The position numbers were made by a program, and so were the translations under genes. Of a stretch of DNA of 61,203 bases, positions 16,288 to 26,503 are shown one piece after another (within the stretch, counting starts at the first letter, position 1; the number at the start of each line of letters is the position of its first letter). The notes beneath the pieces are model-generated. The model was not told where the DNA came from. It worked only from the letters and a program-made list of their open reading frames with translations, and searched no databases. Source of the DNA: Anaerolineales bacterium (GTDB lineage Bacteria > Chloroflexota > Anaerolineae > Anaerolineales > E44-bin32); the NCBI GenBank assembly GCA_046759305.1, contig JBHIBY010000002.1, positions 1-61,203 on the forward strand, written 5' to 3'.

Positions 16288-16351
16288 GCCAGGGGAGTCT
16301 ATCAGGCTCTTTCAGTCTTCATGTGCTGTGTATCGAGGGTATCGCAGTAGG

Positions 16352-16438
16352 CGGAGAGGGTGGGATTCGAACCCACGGAGCCTTGCGGCTCACGCGCTCT
16401 CCAAGCGCGCGCGTTCGGCCAGACTACGCAACCTCTCC
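16352..16438 (-). tRNA. tRNA-Ser (anticodon GGA)
   Basis: The reverse complement is GGAGAGGTTGCGTAGTCTGGCCGAACGCGCGCGCTTGGAGAGCGCGTGAGCCGCAAGGCTCCGTGGGTTCGAATCCCACCCTCTCCG. It has a 7 bp acceptor stem, a long variable arm, anticodon loop TTGGAGA and T-loop GGTTCGAATCC. Confidence 0.9.
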
Positions 16439-16484
16439 TTTGGGGGAAGGGCCGCATTATAACATGTGTCCTTTTCGGCCCAAA

Positions 16485-17450
16485 TTAGGGCAAATAGGGT
16501 GCCTCAGCGATGACCTCCACCGAAATAATTGCCGGCCCCTGACTGAACACACTTAAGTTAAATTCGAACGGTGATCCATTTTGCGGAGCTTCCCAGGTAC
16601 GGAATCCGACGGGCAGATTGTTCTCGCCAAGCGCAAGCACAACCAGCCTTAATCCGATCGGGCGCCCGGAAATATCGGCCATTAATTCCACTGTCCCGGT
16701 TACTTCGACACTCCCCTTATCGGCAGCAATTTCGATACTTCCAATCCGCAGCTCGTGATCCGCATAGCGTGAGTCGATATCGCTGGCGTTCAAAGCACTG
16801 ATGGCCACGGCGGACGCAAAGCCGACCGGCGATCCTAGATCCCTGAACGTAGCCACCAGCGGTATTCGCTTGCCAGGGAGCACAAGATTGATAGGCCCGA
16901 ATGCAGGTTCCGTCTCAAGCGCTCGTCCTTCACTGTCCGCAAGGGTAACCAAAGCGACCACTCCCTCCACTGCGGATCCGCCGGGAACAGATGCAGTTAG
17001 CAGGCAGGTCATTTCGCCCACAACGTCCTGGTAGCACGCTATTTGAGATAGCTCAATGGGAACGGGAGTCGCCGACGGGATGGGTCCCTGCGCGCCGGAG
17101 CGAGGGACAATGAGCCCGTCGCCGATAATAAGCAAGCGGGGGTTCACAGCCGGATTAGCCAGCAACAGATCGGGAAGTTCTACGCCATAGCGTATGGCGA
17201 TGGAGAGCAGCGTATCGCCTTCAACGATCACATGCGTGAGTGGAGTTGGGGTGGGTCCAATCGTCTGTAATGGGCCGATCTGATGCTCAACGGTAGCTGT
17301 TTGAGTAGGCTCTTGTCGCGGCAGGAGTGTCTGGGTAGGAGAGGGGCTCGACACTCCTTCCGCTTCGGTGCAACCTATGATGATTAGCGCAAGCGCGATA
17401 AATTTTAGTCTAAGCATAGGCGGGCGCGGATTATAGCTCAGCAAGTACAT
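16485..17450 (-). CDS. LysM-domain lipoprotein/secreted protein
   Basis: It has a lipobox-like LALIIIGC, a Pro/Thr linker and a LysM repeat ([28 protein letters not shown]). The C-terminal domain is unassigned. Confidence 0.7.
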   Translation of the reverse strand: MYLLSYNPRPPMLRLKFIALALIIIGCTEAEGVSSPSPTQTLLPRQEPTQTATVEHQIGPLQTIGPTPTPLTHVIVEGDTLLSIAIRYGVELPDLLLANPAVNPRLLIIGDGLIVPRSGAQGPIPSATPVPIELSQIACYQDVVGEMTCLLTASVPGGSAVEGVVALVTLADSEGRALETEPAFGPINLVLPGKRIPLVATFRDLGSPVGFASAVAISALNASDIDSRYADHELRIGSIEIAADKGSVEVTGTVELMADISGRPIGLRLVVLALGENNLPVGFRTWEAPQNGSPFEFNLSVFSQGPAIISVEVIAEAPYLP

Positions 17451-17497
17451 GCGATCCGTTGTGCGCCTTCTTTAGAGATGCTAGACTTGCTCGCTGC

Positions 17498-19546
17498 ATG
17501 AGCGCTTCCACTGAAAGCATGTTCATGGAGGCTATCGCTGCTGCCCGGTCGGGTAACCGGGTGCGAGCGAGAAGCCTGCTGACTAAGCTGCTCAAGACCG
17601 ATTCAAGCGTAGTCGATTACTGGATATGGATGAGTTCAGTGGTCGAGTCGAAGCGCGAGAAGATCTATTGCCTCGAATCGGCACTTAAGCTCGATCCCAC
17701 CAATCGCGCAGTATTGAGGGGTCTCACCCTGATGGGAGCACGAGCTCCCAACGAGGCGGAACTTGCTGCAGCGGCCAAGATTCCCCGACGCCAGATCGCA
17801 GCCATCGCAACCGGAGCTTCGGTAGGTGGAAGGCTGCGCCTTCCGCGGCTCCCCTTCCGGACCATGGGCGTTGCACTGGCAGCAATTGTCGGATTATTCG
17901 TGGTGGGCTTTGTCGTCAGCATTGTTCTTCCGTTGCTTGGCCCGAGACAAATGTCCCAGGCACCGTCACTTGTGCCCCTGACCGCGGCAGCTACCGCGAC
18001 CCCTGAAACTCCAACCGCGACCGCCACAGCAATTCCAGCCACATTGCGCGTGCAACGAACAGCAATACCGACTGAACTCGCGCTGACGCCCCTTGCATTC
18101 TTTGTGGCCCAAACGCCAACACCAACTGCTCTCGTGGGTGTCACCCCGCATGCGGCCTATGAAGCCTATTCAGCCGGGATTAGGGCACTGGAGCGCGGCA
18201 ATTACGAACAAGCGGAAGGTTTCTTCGATCAGGTGTTAGATCTGGATGACAGTCTTCCGGATGTCTACTATCTGAAGGGCGAGGCGCGGCGTTTATATGC
18301 CATGTCGGATGAGGGAGCCGAGAATCGCAGCGCTCTGCTCGGCGCCGCCATCCAGTCCTATGATGGCGCGATTCTGAAGGATCCAGAATTTGCACCCGCA
18401 TACCTGGGTCGTGGACATGCGCTCCTTGAGCGCGCGGTAATACGGGAGGGTCCAGATGGAATAGACGGCCAGCATCTGCCGGCGGATTACGCTCGGGCAT
18501 TCGAGATCGACCCCAGCCTCGTCCAAGCCTATCTCGCTCAAGCTGAGTTCATGCGGCGCGTAGGTTTATGGAAGAATACTGAAGAGACCATGCAAAGTGC
18601 GTTGGATGCTGGCGTACGAACCCCAAGGGTATATATCCTAATGGCCGAAGCCCAGCTCAATCGCGGACATCCGGAGGATGCACTGGAGAATGCCATCGAA
18701 GGCAGCGGCTCCGATCCGACGGACATATTTGGGTACTTCCTGTTGGGACGTACTTTCGTACACCTTGAACAATACGAACAGGCACTTCAACCCTTGCTGA
18801 CCTATGTGGCTTACCGGGGTGATGATCATCGCGGTTGGAGCGATCTAGGACGCGTCCAGTTCGAGACCGGTGACCTACCGGCTGCCGCACTCTCGCTCGA
18901 GCGGGCCTTCATAATCAAACCGGATTATTCTCCCGCTTTCATCGGTCGCGGCTGGTTGAATCTAGAACTGGGCGACTATCAATCAGGGCTCAATGACTTC
19001 AACAAGGCGCTGCAATTCGGACAAGAGACGGTCGAGATGTATCTGGGCTTGGGGCACGCCTACTTCCTTCTGGGCGACCTTCAGCAGGGCCTCAATCAAG
19101 CCAATTCTGCGATATTGCTCGCCTCAGAAGCCGAGGAGTGTGAGATTCTAGATCGGGATACCTCACGTGGGTACCATTTGCGCGCCATCATCTCGGAGGC
19201 TTCTGACGAGCTTAGCGAGTACGCTGTGCAAAACTGGGAATGGATATTGGGATTGGAATGTCCTGATCCCCTCATCCGCGCCACCGCTGAGGAGCATTTG
19301 CTCATCCTGACCGGCGAGATTCCGGTCCCCTCGCCGACTGCCAGCCAAACACCCACTCCTCCGGGACCCACGCAAACGCCTACCACGACCTTGACCCCAA
19401 CCATTTCTCCAACGCCGACCGCAAGCAGGACGCCGACGCGAACCCCTACCCCGTCACGAACACCCACGCCGGCTCCGACGTCCGGAACGCCGAGCTCAAC
19501 TCCAACTCCATCGCTCACCCCCACCCCGACCTCGTTCGCACTTTAA
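17498..19546 (+). CDS. TPR-repeat membrane protein with a Pro/Thr-rich C-terminal tail
   Basis: It has one TM segment ([25 protein letters not shown]) and multiple TPR-like 34-mers. The last ~70 aa are (T/S)P repeats. ATG 17498 is preferred to TTG 17459. Confidence 0.7.
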   Translation: MSASTESMFMEAIAAARSGNRVRARSLLTKLLKTDSSVVDYWIWMSSVVESKREKIYCLESALKLDPTNRAVLRGLTLMGARAPNEAELAAAAKIPRRQIAAIATGASVGGRLRLPRLPFRTMGVALAAIVGLFVVGFVVSIVLPLLGPRQMSQAPSLVPLTAAATATPETPTATATAIPATLRVQRTAIPTELALTPLAFFVAQTPTPTALVGVTPHAAYEAYSAGIRALERGNYEQAEGFFDQVLDLDDSLPDVYYLKGEARRLYAMSDEGAENRSALLGAAIQSYDGAILKDPEFAPAYLGRGHALLERAVIREGPDGIDGQHLPADYARAFEIDPSLVQAYLAQAEFMRRVGLWKNTEETMQSALDAGVRTPRVYILMAEAQLNRGHPEDALENAIEGSGSDPTDIFGYFLLGRTFVHLEQYEQALQPLLTYVAYRGDDHRGWSDLGRVQFETGDLPAAALSLERAFIIKPDYSPAFIGRGWLNLELGDYQSGLNDFNKALQFGQETVEMYLGLGHAYFLLGDLQQGLNQANSAILLASEAEECEILDRDTSRGYHLRAIISEASDELSEYAVQNWEWILGLECPDPLIRATAEEHLLILTGEIPVPSPTASQTPTPPGPTQTPTTTLTPTISPTPTASRTPTRTPTPSRTPTPAPTSGTPSSTPTPSLTPTPTSFAL

Positions 19547-19686
19547 TACTAAAACTGCTGGCCGCCTGACAAACAGGGTGATCCTCCCTATGGGATAATT
19601 CGAATGATGCGGTCAATCCGCTGGCAGAAGCGGGAGCATCTGGATAAAGGGCGTCGAAGACGGATCATCAGAGCATTCAGTATCTC

Positions 19687-19715
19687 TAGACATTCGCCTG
19701 CCACTACGCTAAAAT
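19687..19715 (+). promoter_or_regulatory. Sigma-70-type promoter candidate for rpsT
   Basis: TAGACA, a 17 nt spacer and TAAAAT lie about 40 nt upstream of the rpsT TTG start. Confidence 0.45.
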
Positions 19716-19756
19716 GGCACGCTGGATCAAGACAAGATATTAGACTGGAAAGCACA

Positions 19757-20026
19757 TTGGCAAACACAAGCTCTGCTAAGAAGAGAATTCGCCAGAACGA
19801 AAAGCGCCGAGTACGCAACAAGGCAGATCGTACTCGGGCACGTTCTCATGTACGGAGCGCACGAGCTGCACTTGAATCGGGAGACCAGGAAGCGGCTTCC
19901 GCGGCGGTACGTTTAGCCGCAAGCGAGCTCGACCGGGCAGCCGCAAAAGGAGTCATTCACTCGAAGAATGCCTCCAGGCGAAAAGGTCGGTTGATGAAGC
20001 AGCTTGCAGCTCTCATTAAGGGATAA
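19757..20026 (+). CDS. rpsT: 30S ribosomal protein S20
   Basis: The protein begins (M)ANTSSAKKRIRQNEKRRVRNK, followed by ...HSKNASRRKGRL. The start is an in-frame TTG at 19757 with GGAAAG upstream. The track ORF starting at 19604 is over-extended. Confidence 0.9.
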   Translation: MANTSSAKKRIRQNEKRRVRNKADRTRARSHVRSARAALESGDQEAASAAVRLAASELDRAAAKGVIHSKNASRRKGRLMKQLAALIKG

Positions 20027-20051
20027 GGCAATCGTACCGTTCCTGCTGGGG

Positions 20052-20083
20052 CCTCGACGCTGGTTGTCGAGGTCTTTTTATTT
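20052..20083 (+). terminator. Rho-independent terminator of rpsT
   Basis: CCTCGAC-GCTGGTT-GTCGAGG is followed by TCTTTTTATTT. Confidence 0.8.
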
Positions 20084-20118
20084 CGCACTCCCTTTCCCTT
20101 CTGCACACTAAGATCCCA

Positions 20119-21903
20119 ATGTTCGACCCGGAAATCCGCTTACTCACCGCCAGCGTCAGGGAAGCCCTGGAGCGAGCTGAGATTCCCTGTCCCACAGAGA
20201 TATCATGGAATCCCACTCCTTTTCGCGGACGATGGGGTATCGGAACCGCGGTTTCGTTTCAGGCTGCAGCGCTTGAGGGGAAGGATAAGAACATTCAAAA
20301 CCGCGCGCTTGAGATCGCACAGCTTATCGAGAGAGAAATCTCTCCCCCCGCAGCGTTTGAGCTCGTTCAGGCCGAAAACGCCTACATCAACGCATATTTC
20401 GATACAGCCACATATGCGACTCGTGTGGTCGATTTCGTCCTGCAGTCGAAGGAGAACTTTGGTCGAGGCGCTCGGCAAGAAGAGCGCGTCATGGTCGAGT
20501 ACGCACAGCCGAACACGCACCATTCCTTCCACATCGGTCACGCGAGAAACGCGGTCCTGGGAGAATCTCTCGCCAGGCTGGTTGAATTCGCTGGCTTTGA
20601 AACTATCAGGGCTTCCTACCCAGGTGATATTGGCCTGGGAGTGATCACCTGTGTATGGGCATATCAGAAATTCCACCATGGAATGGAGCCAGAAGGTGTT
20701 CACGAACGAGGCCAGTGGCTTGCCAGGGTCTATCATGAAGCCAATATGCTGGTTACTCCCAAAGATGAGGAGACGACCGAGGAGCGCGAGCTAAGAGAGC
20801 AATACGACGCCGAGCGCAGGGATATGTTCAGACGCTGGGACAGCAACGATCCCGAAGTCCGCGAGCTCTGGCTAAGAACACGCGAGTGGAGTCTGGACGA
20901 GCTGCACGAAATCCTGAGTATGCTGGGCGCTGAAATCGACGTGTATTTCTTTGAAAGCGATATGGATGAGCCAGCCAAGGAAATTGTGGAAGAGCTTATA
21001 TCTCTTGGCATAGCTGAAGACGAGCGGCCTGACGGTCCGGTATTTGTGAAGATTGATGAGAAGCTGGGGCTTGAGAAAGAAAAATACCGTACATCGGTTC
21101 TCCTGCGGCAAGATGGCACCACGCTTTACTCAGCAAAAGATTTGGCTTTAGCCAAACGGAAATTCGAGGCTTACGACGTTGATCGTTCCGTTTATGTGGT
21201 AGATGTCCGCCAAAGTTTGCATTTCGATCAAGCGTTTAAAATTCTGGAGCTATGGGGGTTTGAGCAGGCAAAGAAGAGCCATCATCTTTCCTACGGGTTC
21301 GTTACCTTGCCTGGTGGAATGATGTCCTCCCGCTTGGGCAACGTGGTTCTGTATATGGATGTCGTCAAAGAGGCGCATCGCCGCGTGCTGGATATCATCG
21401 CGGAGAAGAATCCCGAGCTGCCCGAGCCCGAACGTGCTAAGGTCGCGCGCCAGATTGGACTGGGCGCGCTTAACTATGCTCTAGTTTCGGTGGACAACAC
21501 GAAGGAAATCGTCTTTGACTGGGATAGCGTCCTGAGTCTTGAGGGTCAGTCGGCTCCGTACATTCAAAACGCGCATGTCAGAGCCAACAGCATCCTGAGG
21601 AAATCCGAGGGTGTTCCAGAGGAAGCAAGCTTCGACTACGAACTGCTCGAGATGGAATCCGAACTGATCGAGCGCCTATCCCAATTTCCAGAGGTCGTTC
21701 AGAAGGCCGCATTAGAGTACAAGCCATTGCATATGTCGAATTACGCCTATGAGCTGGCGAGGATCTTTCACGCCTTCTATCATGCGGTGCCAGTTTTGCG
21801 GTCAGATCAGCGCGAGGCACGAATTCGCCTCACCGCTGCGGCAAAGCAGACCCTGGCCAACAGCTTGCGGCTGCTTGACGTCGAAGCCCCAGATCGAATG
21901 TAA
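20119..21903 (+). CDS. argS: Arginine--tRNA ligase
   Basis: It has the class I HIGH motif (SFHIGHARN), the ArgS-type MMSSRLG and the C-terminal anticodon-binding DALR region. Confidence 0.95.
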   Translation: MFDPEIRLLTASVREALERAEIPCPTEISWNPTPFRGRWGIGTAVSFQAAALEGKDKNIQNRALEIAQLIEREISPPAAFELVQAENAYINAYFDTATYATRVVDFVLQSKENFGRGARQEERVMVEYAQPNTHHSFHIGHARNAVLGESLARLVEFAGFETIRASYPGDIGLGVITCVWAYQKFHHGMEPEGVHERGQWLARVYHEANMLVTPKDEETTEERELREQYDAERRDMFRRWDSNDPEVRELWLRTREWSLDELHEILSMLGAEIDVYFFESDMDEPAKEIVEELISLGIAEDERPDGPVFVKIDEKLGLEKEKYRTSVLLRQDGTTLYSAKDLALAKRKFEAYDVDRSVYVVDVRQSLHFDQAFKILELWGFEQAKKSHHLSYGFVTLPGGMMSSRLGNVVLYMDVVKEAHRRVLDIIAEKNPELPEPERAKVARQIGLGALNYALVSVDNTKEIVFDWDSVLSLEGQSAPYIQNAHVRANSILRKSEGVPEEASFDYELLEMESELIERLSQFPEVVQKAALEYKPLHMSNYAYELARIFHAFYHAVPVLRSDQREARIRLTAAAKQTLANSLRLLDVEAPDRM

Positions 21904-21933
21904 CTAATGAGAAATGGAGGAAATCGGCCATTG

Positions 21934-23268
21934 ATGGAGCTAGACCGAGTGTTGATCATGGGAGCCGCGGGTCGCGACTTTCACAACTTCAATGTGTATT
22001 TTCGAGATAACCCGGCCTATAAGGTCGTTGCCTTCACTGCTACACAGATTCCGAATATCGAGGATCGAACCTATCCGGCCGATTTGGCTGGCGAGGCTTA
22101 TCCTGGCGGGATCCCTATCCACGCCGAAGAAGAACTCGAAAGCTTGATCAAAACGGAGCGAATTTCCCAGGTCGTGTTTGCATACAGTGATGTGCAGCAT
22201 TCATATGTCATGCATATTGCCTCCAGGGTGCTGGTCGCAGGCGCCGATTTCCGGCTCATGGGGCTGGATTCAACCTTGATTGACTCCACCAAACCTGTTG
22301 TCTCTGTATGTGCCGCGCGTACGGGAAGCGGGAAGAGCCAAACAAGTCGAAAGGTAGCCGCTATCCTGCGCGAGCTTGGCCACAGGTTAGCCGTGGTGCG
22401 CCACCCGATGCCTTATGGCAATCTGACTAAGCAAGCGGTGCAGAGATTTGCCAATTATGAAGATCTTGATCGTCATGAATGCAGTATCGAGGAACGAGAG
22501 GAATTTGAGCCGCACCTGGCTCAAGGTGCGGTGGTTTATGCGGGTGTTGACTACGAAGCGATCTTGAGAGAAGCCGAGAAAGAAGTCGATATCGTTCTTT
22601 GGGACGGAGGCAACAACGACCTGCCCTTCTTCAAAAGCGATCTAGCAATCGTTGTCGTAGATCCTCATCGACCAGGTCACGAACTCAACTACCATCCAGG
22701 AGAGGCCAACGTTCGATCTGCGGATCTGATCGTCATCAATAAAATTGATACCGCAGCGGAAGAGGATATTGAAACGGTCCGTGCCAATGTTGCTCAACTA
22801 AACCCCGCGGCCGAGATCATTGAGGCTGCCTCTCCAATACAGGTGGGAGATCCAGAAGCCATTCGCGGCAAACGCGTGATTGTGGTTGAGGATGGCCCCA
22901 CGCTCACCCACGGAGAGATGGCCTATGGAGCAGGATGGATTGCCGCTCGTCGATACGGAGCGGGGGAAATAGTGGATCCTCGTCCGTATGCACACGGCAC
23001 CATTTCGAAGACTTATGCCGACTACCCCACGACAGGAGCGGTGCTACCCGCTATGGGCTATGGAAGTGAGCAGATGGTAGAACTCGAGAAGACCATCAAC
23101 GCCTCCAATGCCGATGTCGTGGTAATTGGCACGCCGATCGACCTTGGTCAGCTGCTCGATCTGGATAAGCCGTACCAGAACGTTCGATACGAACTGGAAG
23201 AGATTGGCCAACCCCGTTTGCCGGAGATCCTGGAAGCTCGGTTTGGTCGAGGCGCTGGAGACGCGTGA
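21934..23268 (+). CDS. COG2403-type P-loop protein (cyclic 2,3-diphosphoglycerate synthetase-like, 'predicted GTPase')
   Basis: Recalled family features are the N-terminus VLIMGAAGRDFHNFNVYFRDNPAYKVVAFTATQIP and the P-loop CAARTGSGKSQTS. ATG 21934 is preferred to 21907. Confidence 0.65.
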   Translation: MELDRVLIMGAAGRDFHNFNVYFRDNPAYKVVAFTATQIPNIEDRTYPADLAGEAYPGGIPIHAEEELESLIKTERISQVVFAYSDVQHSYVMHIASRVLVAGADFRLMGLDSTLIDSTKPVVSVCAARTGSGKSQTSRKVAAILRELGHRLAVVRHPMPYGNLTKQAVQRFANYEDLDRHECSIEEREEFEPHLAQGAVVYAGVDYEAILREAEKEVDIVLWDGGNNDLPFFKSDLAIVVVDPHRPGHELNYHPGEANVRSADLIVINKIDTAAEEDIETVRANVAQLNPAAEIIEAASPIQVGDPEAIRGKRVIVVEDGPTLTHGEMAYGAGWIAARRYGAGEIVDPRPYAHGTISKTYADYPTTGAVLPAMGYGSEQMVELEKTINASNADVVVIGTPIDLGQLLDLDKPYQNVRYELEEIGQPRLPEILEARFGRGAGDA

Positions 23269-24530
23269 AGCCTGACGACCCGATGCTTCAGTGGCACGGC
23301 AAGCAGGTGGACATCCCGCCTCCGATGGAGCTCGTCCAGAGCGCAGTCGTCCTTCCAGATAGCTCCCCTTCTCTAGCAATCCAACGCTTGATACAAGGCG
23401 AGAACCTGGGTGTGATGAGCGCGCTCTTGAAAGACTATAAGGGTAAGGTCGATCTCATCTATGCTGACCCTCCCTTTCTATCGGGAAAGTCGTACCGCGC
23501 AAGAACCGGCCACGGGGAAGATTCGCGGCGGCCAGAAGGCTGGAAAACAGCCGAGGGATTTCGAGACGAATGGAATGATCGGGCAGAATATCTCGGTATG
23601 CTATACAGCCGGCTGCACCTCATGCATGCACTGCTGGCAGATACCGGGACACTGTACCTGCATTTGGATTGGCATGCGTCCGCCTATGCGCGGGTCCTAT
23701 TGGATGAGATATTCGGTCCCGAGCAGCTCCTGAATGAGATTATTTGGACCTACCACGGACCCTCTCCGATAAAGAGCGCATTCAAGCGCAAGCACGACAC
23801 AATCTACGTCTATACGAAGTCCAAGAAGTACACCTTCAACTCGGATGCGGTACGTGTTCCGTATGACCCATCCACGGTTAGGACCTTTTCTTCCTCGAAA
23901 GCCGGCTTTGGCAAGCGCCCAGATCTCGAACGCGGCAAGGTGCCGGAAGATTGGTGGTACTTCCCGGTCGTCGCACGGCTACACAACGAACGAACAGGCT
24001 ATCCCACTCAGAAGCCGGAGGCGCTGCTTGAGCGTATTGTGCTGGCTTCAAGTAACCCCGGGGATCTTGTAGCGGACTTCTTCTGCGGCTCCGGTACAGC
24101 CATAGCTGTGGCGCGACGGCTCGGTCGCGATTGGCTGGCATGTGACATCTCTCCACTAGCGATTAACACCTCGCGGCGTCGCTTGCTACTTGAAGCAGAG
24201 GCCGGCGGGTTCAGTGTCTGGGTGGATAAGGCCCGCCAGGATCGCCACGCATTAGAGCCCAGGATCGAAATCAATGCCAGGAACTTGGATGTGGAAGCAA
24301 AGCTAACGGATCTGGATCCAGAAGCGCTAATTGCTTTTGAACTGGACTGGGATTTTGACGGTCAACTGTTTCGCAGCGAAGCTCAATCGGTTAGAGGTTG
24401 GCAGCAGGAACGCATTGACACAAGGCTCGGCCACTCCTATCCTCAGGCAGGAAGCTACGTAGTTGCTGCACATGCTGTAGATTCCGAGGGACAGACTGGT
24501 CTAGTTACGAAGCAGGTCCAGGTCAGGTAG
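23265..24530 (+). CDS. Beta-class N6-adenine/N4-cytosine DNA methyltransferase with a PKD-like C-terminal domain
   Basis: Motif IV (DLIYADPPF) precedes motif I (DFFCGSGTAIAVA). The C-terminus (ELDWDFDGQ...GHSYPQAGSYVVAAHAVDSEGQ) resembles the PKD consensus. There is a GTGA overlap with the upstream gene. Confidence 0.85.
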   Translation: MKPDDPMLQWHGKQVDIPPPMELVQSAVVLPDSSPSLAIQRLIQGENLGVMSALLKDYKGKVDLIYADPPFLSGKSYRARTGHGEDSRRPEGWKTAEGFRDEWNDRAEYLGMLYSRLHLMHALLADTGTLYLHLDWHASAYARVLLDEIFGPEQLLNEIIWTYHGPSPIKSAFKRKHDTIYVYTKSKKYTFNSDAVRVPYDPSTVRTFSSSKAGFGKRPDLERGKVPEDWWYFPVVARLHNERTGYPTQKPEALLERIVLASSNPGDLVADFFCGSGTAIAVARRLGRDWLACDISPLAINTSRRRLLLEAEAGGFSVWVDKARQDRHALEPRIEINARNLDVEAKLTDLDPEALIAFELDWDFDGQLFRSEAQSVRGWQQERIDTRLGHSYPQAGSYVVAAHAVDSEGQTGLVTKQVQVR

Positions 24531-24573
24531 ATTCGCAACTGGCCGGGCTCGGCCTGCAGCCACGTGCAAATGA

Positions 24574-24612
24574 CGGAAAACAAAAGAGCGCGCCGAATTC
24601 GGGGCGCGCTCT
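24574..24612 (-). terminator. Rho-independent terminator of the OmpR-type regulator
   Basis: On the minus strand, AGAGCGCGCC(CC)-GAATTC-GGCGCGCTCT is followed by TTTTGTTTTCC. Confidence 0.75.
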
Positions 24613-24633
24613 GATTCAGCTAACTAGTTTTGT

Positions 24634-25299
24634 TTAATTGGGCAGATCGAACCGATAGCCCATACCCCGAATCGTGTGTAGGAATTCGGGTTTACCTGGA
24701 TTCTGCTCGATTGCATGTCGCAGCCAGCTCATATGCACATCCAGCGTCCGCGTGTCTCCAGTGTAATCGGTCAGCCATACTTCCCGGATCAGTTTCTTTC
24801 GAGTCAGCAGCTTTCCCGGATTGTGCATAAAGAGCTCGAGCAATTTTGCCTGCTTTGGAGTCAGTCGCGCTTCTCGACCGTTGACTTTTACTTTTCGCTG
24901 AGCCAGGTTGAGCTTGACCGGACCGGCCTGCAGAACGTAGCGCTCATCGCCTGGCAACAACCGAATGACGCGATTGACCAGCTTGCGCGGCGTAAACGGT
25001 TGAACAAGCGTGACACTAGAGCCGTTCCCAGGATCAGGATTTGTACCGCTTGGTGAGATGAGGATGATTGGAATGCCGTCCAAGCTCGCGCGTGCAGCTC
25101 TTGACATTCGGGAGCCGCTCGTTCGCATTGAGGCGGCATCAAGGATCAAGACATCGGGAGATATCTTGACAGCAGCCTTAATGGCTTTGTCTAGCTTGTG
25201 ATGGACAGTGACGTCGAACCCTTTCTTCTCGAGCGCCGATGTAAACGAGGGCGCACTCGGTCGGCCGCTCTCGATAAGTAGGATTTTCGCTATCGCCAT
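24634..25299 (-). CDS. OmpR/PhoB-type winged-helix regulator with a degenerate receiver domain
   Basis: The C-terminus is Trans_reg_C (LTPKQAKLLELFMHNPGKLLTRKKLIREVW...TLDVHMSWLRHAIE...IRGMGYRF). The receiver has IES instead of the DD pocket and QPF instead of KPF. The start is set at MAIAKILLIES. Confidence 0.8.
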   Translation of the reverse strand: MAIAKILLIESGRPSAPSFTSALEKKGFDVTVHHKLDKAIKAAVKISPDVLILDAASMRTSGSRMSRAARASLDGIPIILISPSGTNPDPGNGSSVTLVQPFTPRKLVNRVIRLLPGDERYVLQAGPVKLNLAQRKVKVNGREARLTPKQAKLLELFMHNPGKLLTRKKLIREVWLTDYTGDTRTLDVHMSWLRHAIEQNPGKPEFLHTIRGMGYRFDLPN

Positions 25300-25399
25300 T
25301 CGGTGAGATCCCCAGCCAAAAGAACTCGGCAGCGGGGGAACGTTCACGCTGCCTGCATCGGTCATTATACATGAGCGAGATTAGCGTATCAATGAGACT

Positions 25400-26485
25400 T
25401 TAGTTGGGCGGATAAAACTTGCTTAAATCTTTAAGAGAGCCCAATTGCTGGCTGGTTCGAATGCGACTGACTCCGCCTCCTTCCTCCTGGCTCCGGCCAC
25501 CACCGAACTCCCGAAACGGTTGCTCACCGATCCGCGCCATCAGCGAATTTGCATATGCAGTTGGCCCAGCCCATAAGGCCAGAGCGCTTAAGTCTTCACG
25601 TAATGAATCGGGGCCGTAGCTCCATTCACTGAGAATCAGGTTGTGGCCAAGTTGTTTGGCGGCCCGGACGATTTCATGCTCGCGCCCGGATGTTCGACCA
25701 CCCGCGCCCAAGAGCCAGATTGGAAGTTGAGACGGCTCGATAAAGTATTCCAAATGCGCCCATTCCTCGACATCCTGGGATGACGCCGGCTGGCCGGCGG
25801 CCTCTATTACTTTCGCGGCCGCAAACATCGCGGTCCCGCGAACAGGTCCTGATCCTACGAACAAAATCGGTTGGGTCGGATCAGCTCTCTGGGCAGCTTC
25901 CTGCCCGACTCTTGACTGGGCTTCAATCCACGCAGACAAAGCTTCAGGCATCTCACTAATGGTGCTGTGTATCTGCTCCTGGAGACTAGCGTCCGTCTTC
26001 TGGACCCCTATCGCATATCCCGCTAAAAGCGCCGCGAGGTAGCTGATCAACCCCGGACCGAAGGGTTGCTCCGGGAGTTCCAGGGCAAACGTACTTTCAG
26101 CTTCTGCTGCAAGCGTGCTAGCTGAATCGGTAGTAATCCCCAGCGTGCGTGCTCCCGATTCTCGAGCCAGCTGGACCGCTTCAATCGTACGGGCAGTTTC
26201 GCCGGAGGCCGATATACCCACCACTAAATGGTTGCTCCCGCTCGATCGAGGAATCGCGTATCGTGCGGCTTCCATGGCGTGCAATCCTTGTGTCTGATGC
26301 TTAGTCCAGTTAGAGAATGCATAGGAAAGCGCGTAAGATGCGTGGTGCGAGTCACCGCAGCCACAAAAAATGAGATTTTTAAATTCCCAATCGGCGAGGT
26401 GTGAGGCGGTCTTAAGTGCTTGAGGCCAATACTGCTGGATGAATTGAGGTGCTAATTCTGACTGAAGTTCAAGTGAGGTGGGCAA
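25400..26485 (-). CDS. Two-SIS-domain phosphosugar isomerase/deglycase (GlmS-C/FrlB/AgaS-like)
   Basis: SIS motifs are present: FCGCGDSHHAS, VVGISASGETARTIEA, and a second SIS in FVGSGPVRGTAMFAAAKV. The start is uncertain: TTG 26485 is chosen, and the track's 26560 would overlap the divergent kinase gene. Confidence 0.7.
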   Translation of the reverse strand: MPTSLELQSELAPQFIQQYWPQALKTASHLADWEFKNLIFCGCGDSHHASYALSYAFSNWTKHQTQGLHAMEAARYAIPRSSGSNHLVVGISASGETARTIEAVQLARESGARTLGITTDSASTLAAEAESTFALELPEQPFGPGLISYLAALLAGYAIGVQKTDASLQEQIHSTISEMPEALSAWIEAQSRVGQEAAQRADPTQPILFVGSGPVRGTAMFAAAKVIEAAGQPASSQDVEEWAHLEYFIEPSQLPIWLLGAGGRTSGREHEIVRAAKQLGHNLILSEWSYGPDSLREDLSALALWAGPTAYANSLMARIGEQPFREFGGGRSQEEGGGVSRIRTSQQLGSLKDLSKFYPPN

Positions 26486-26496
26486 CTCAGTATAAT
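26468..26496 (+). promoter_or_regulatory. Promoter candidate directly abutting the PfkB kinase start (possible leaderless mRNA)
   Basis: TTCAAG, a 17 nt spacer and a perfect TATAAT are present. The -10 box ends 7 nt before ATG 26504, and there is no SD. Confidence 0.35.
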
Positions 26497-26503
26497 GCGG
26501 GGG

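Noticed and set aside
19096-19524. A Gly/Val-rich 142 aa ORF, with similar ones at 29061..29318 + and 29037..29462 -.
   Set aside because: These are mirror images of the Pro/Thr-rich linker-coding repeats (ACN/CCN codons read as GGN/GTN on the other strand). They are not independent genes.
20027-20118. A T-box leader upstream of argS, and an M-box riboswitch upstream of mgtE (51441..51473).
   Set aside because: The intergenic spaces (92 nt, largely occupied by the rpsT terminator, and 33 nt) are far too short for these ~200 nt and ~160 nt elements.
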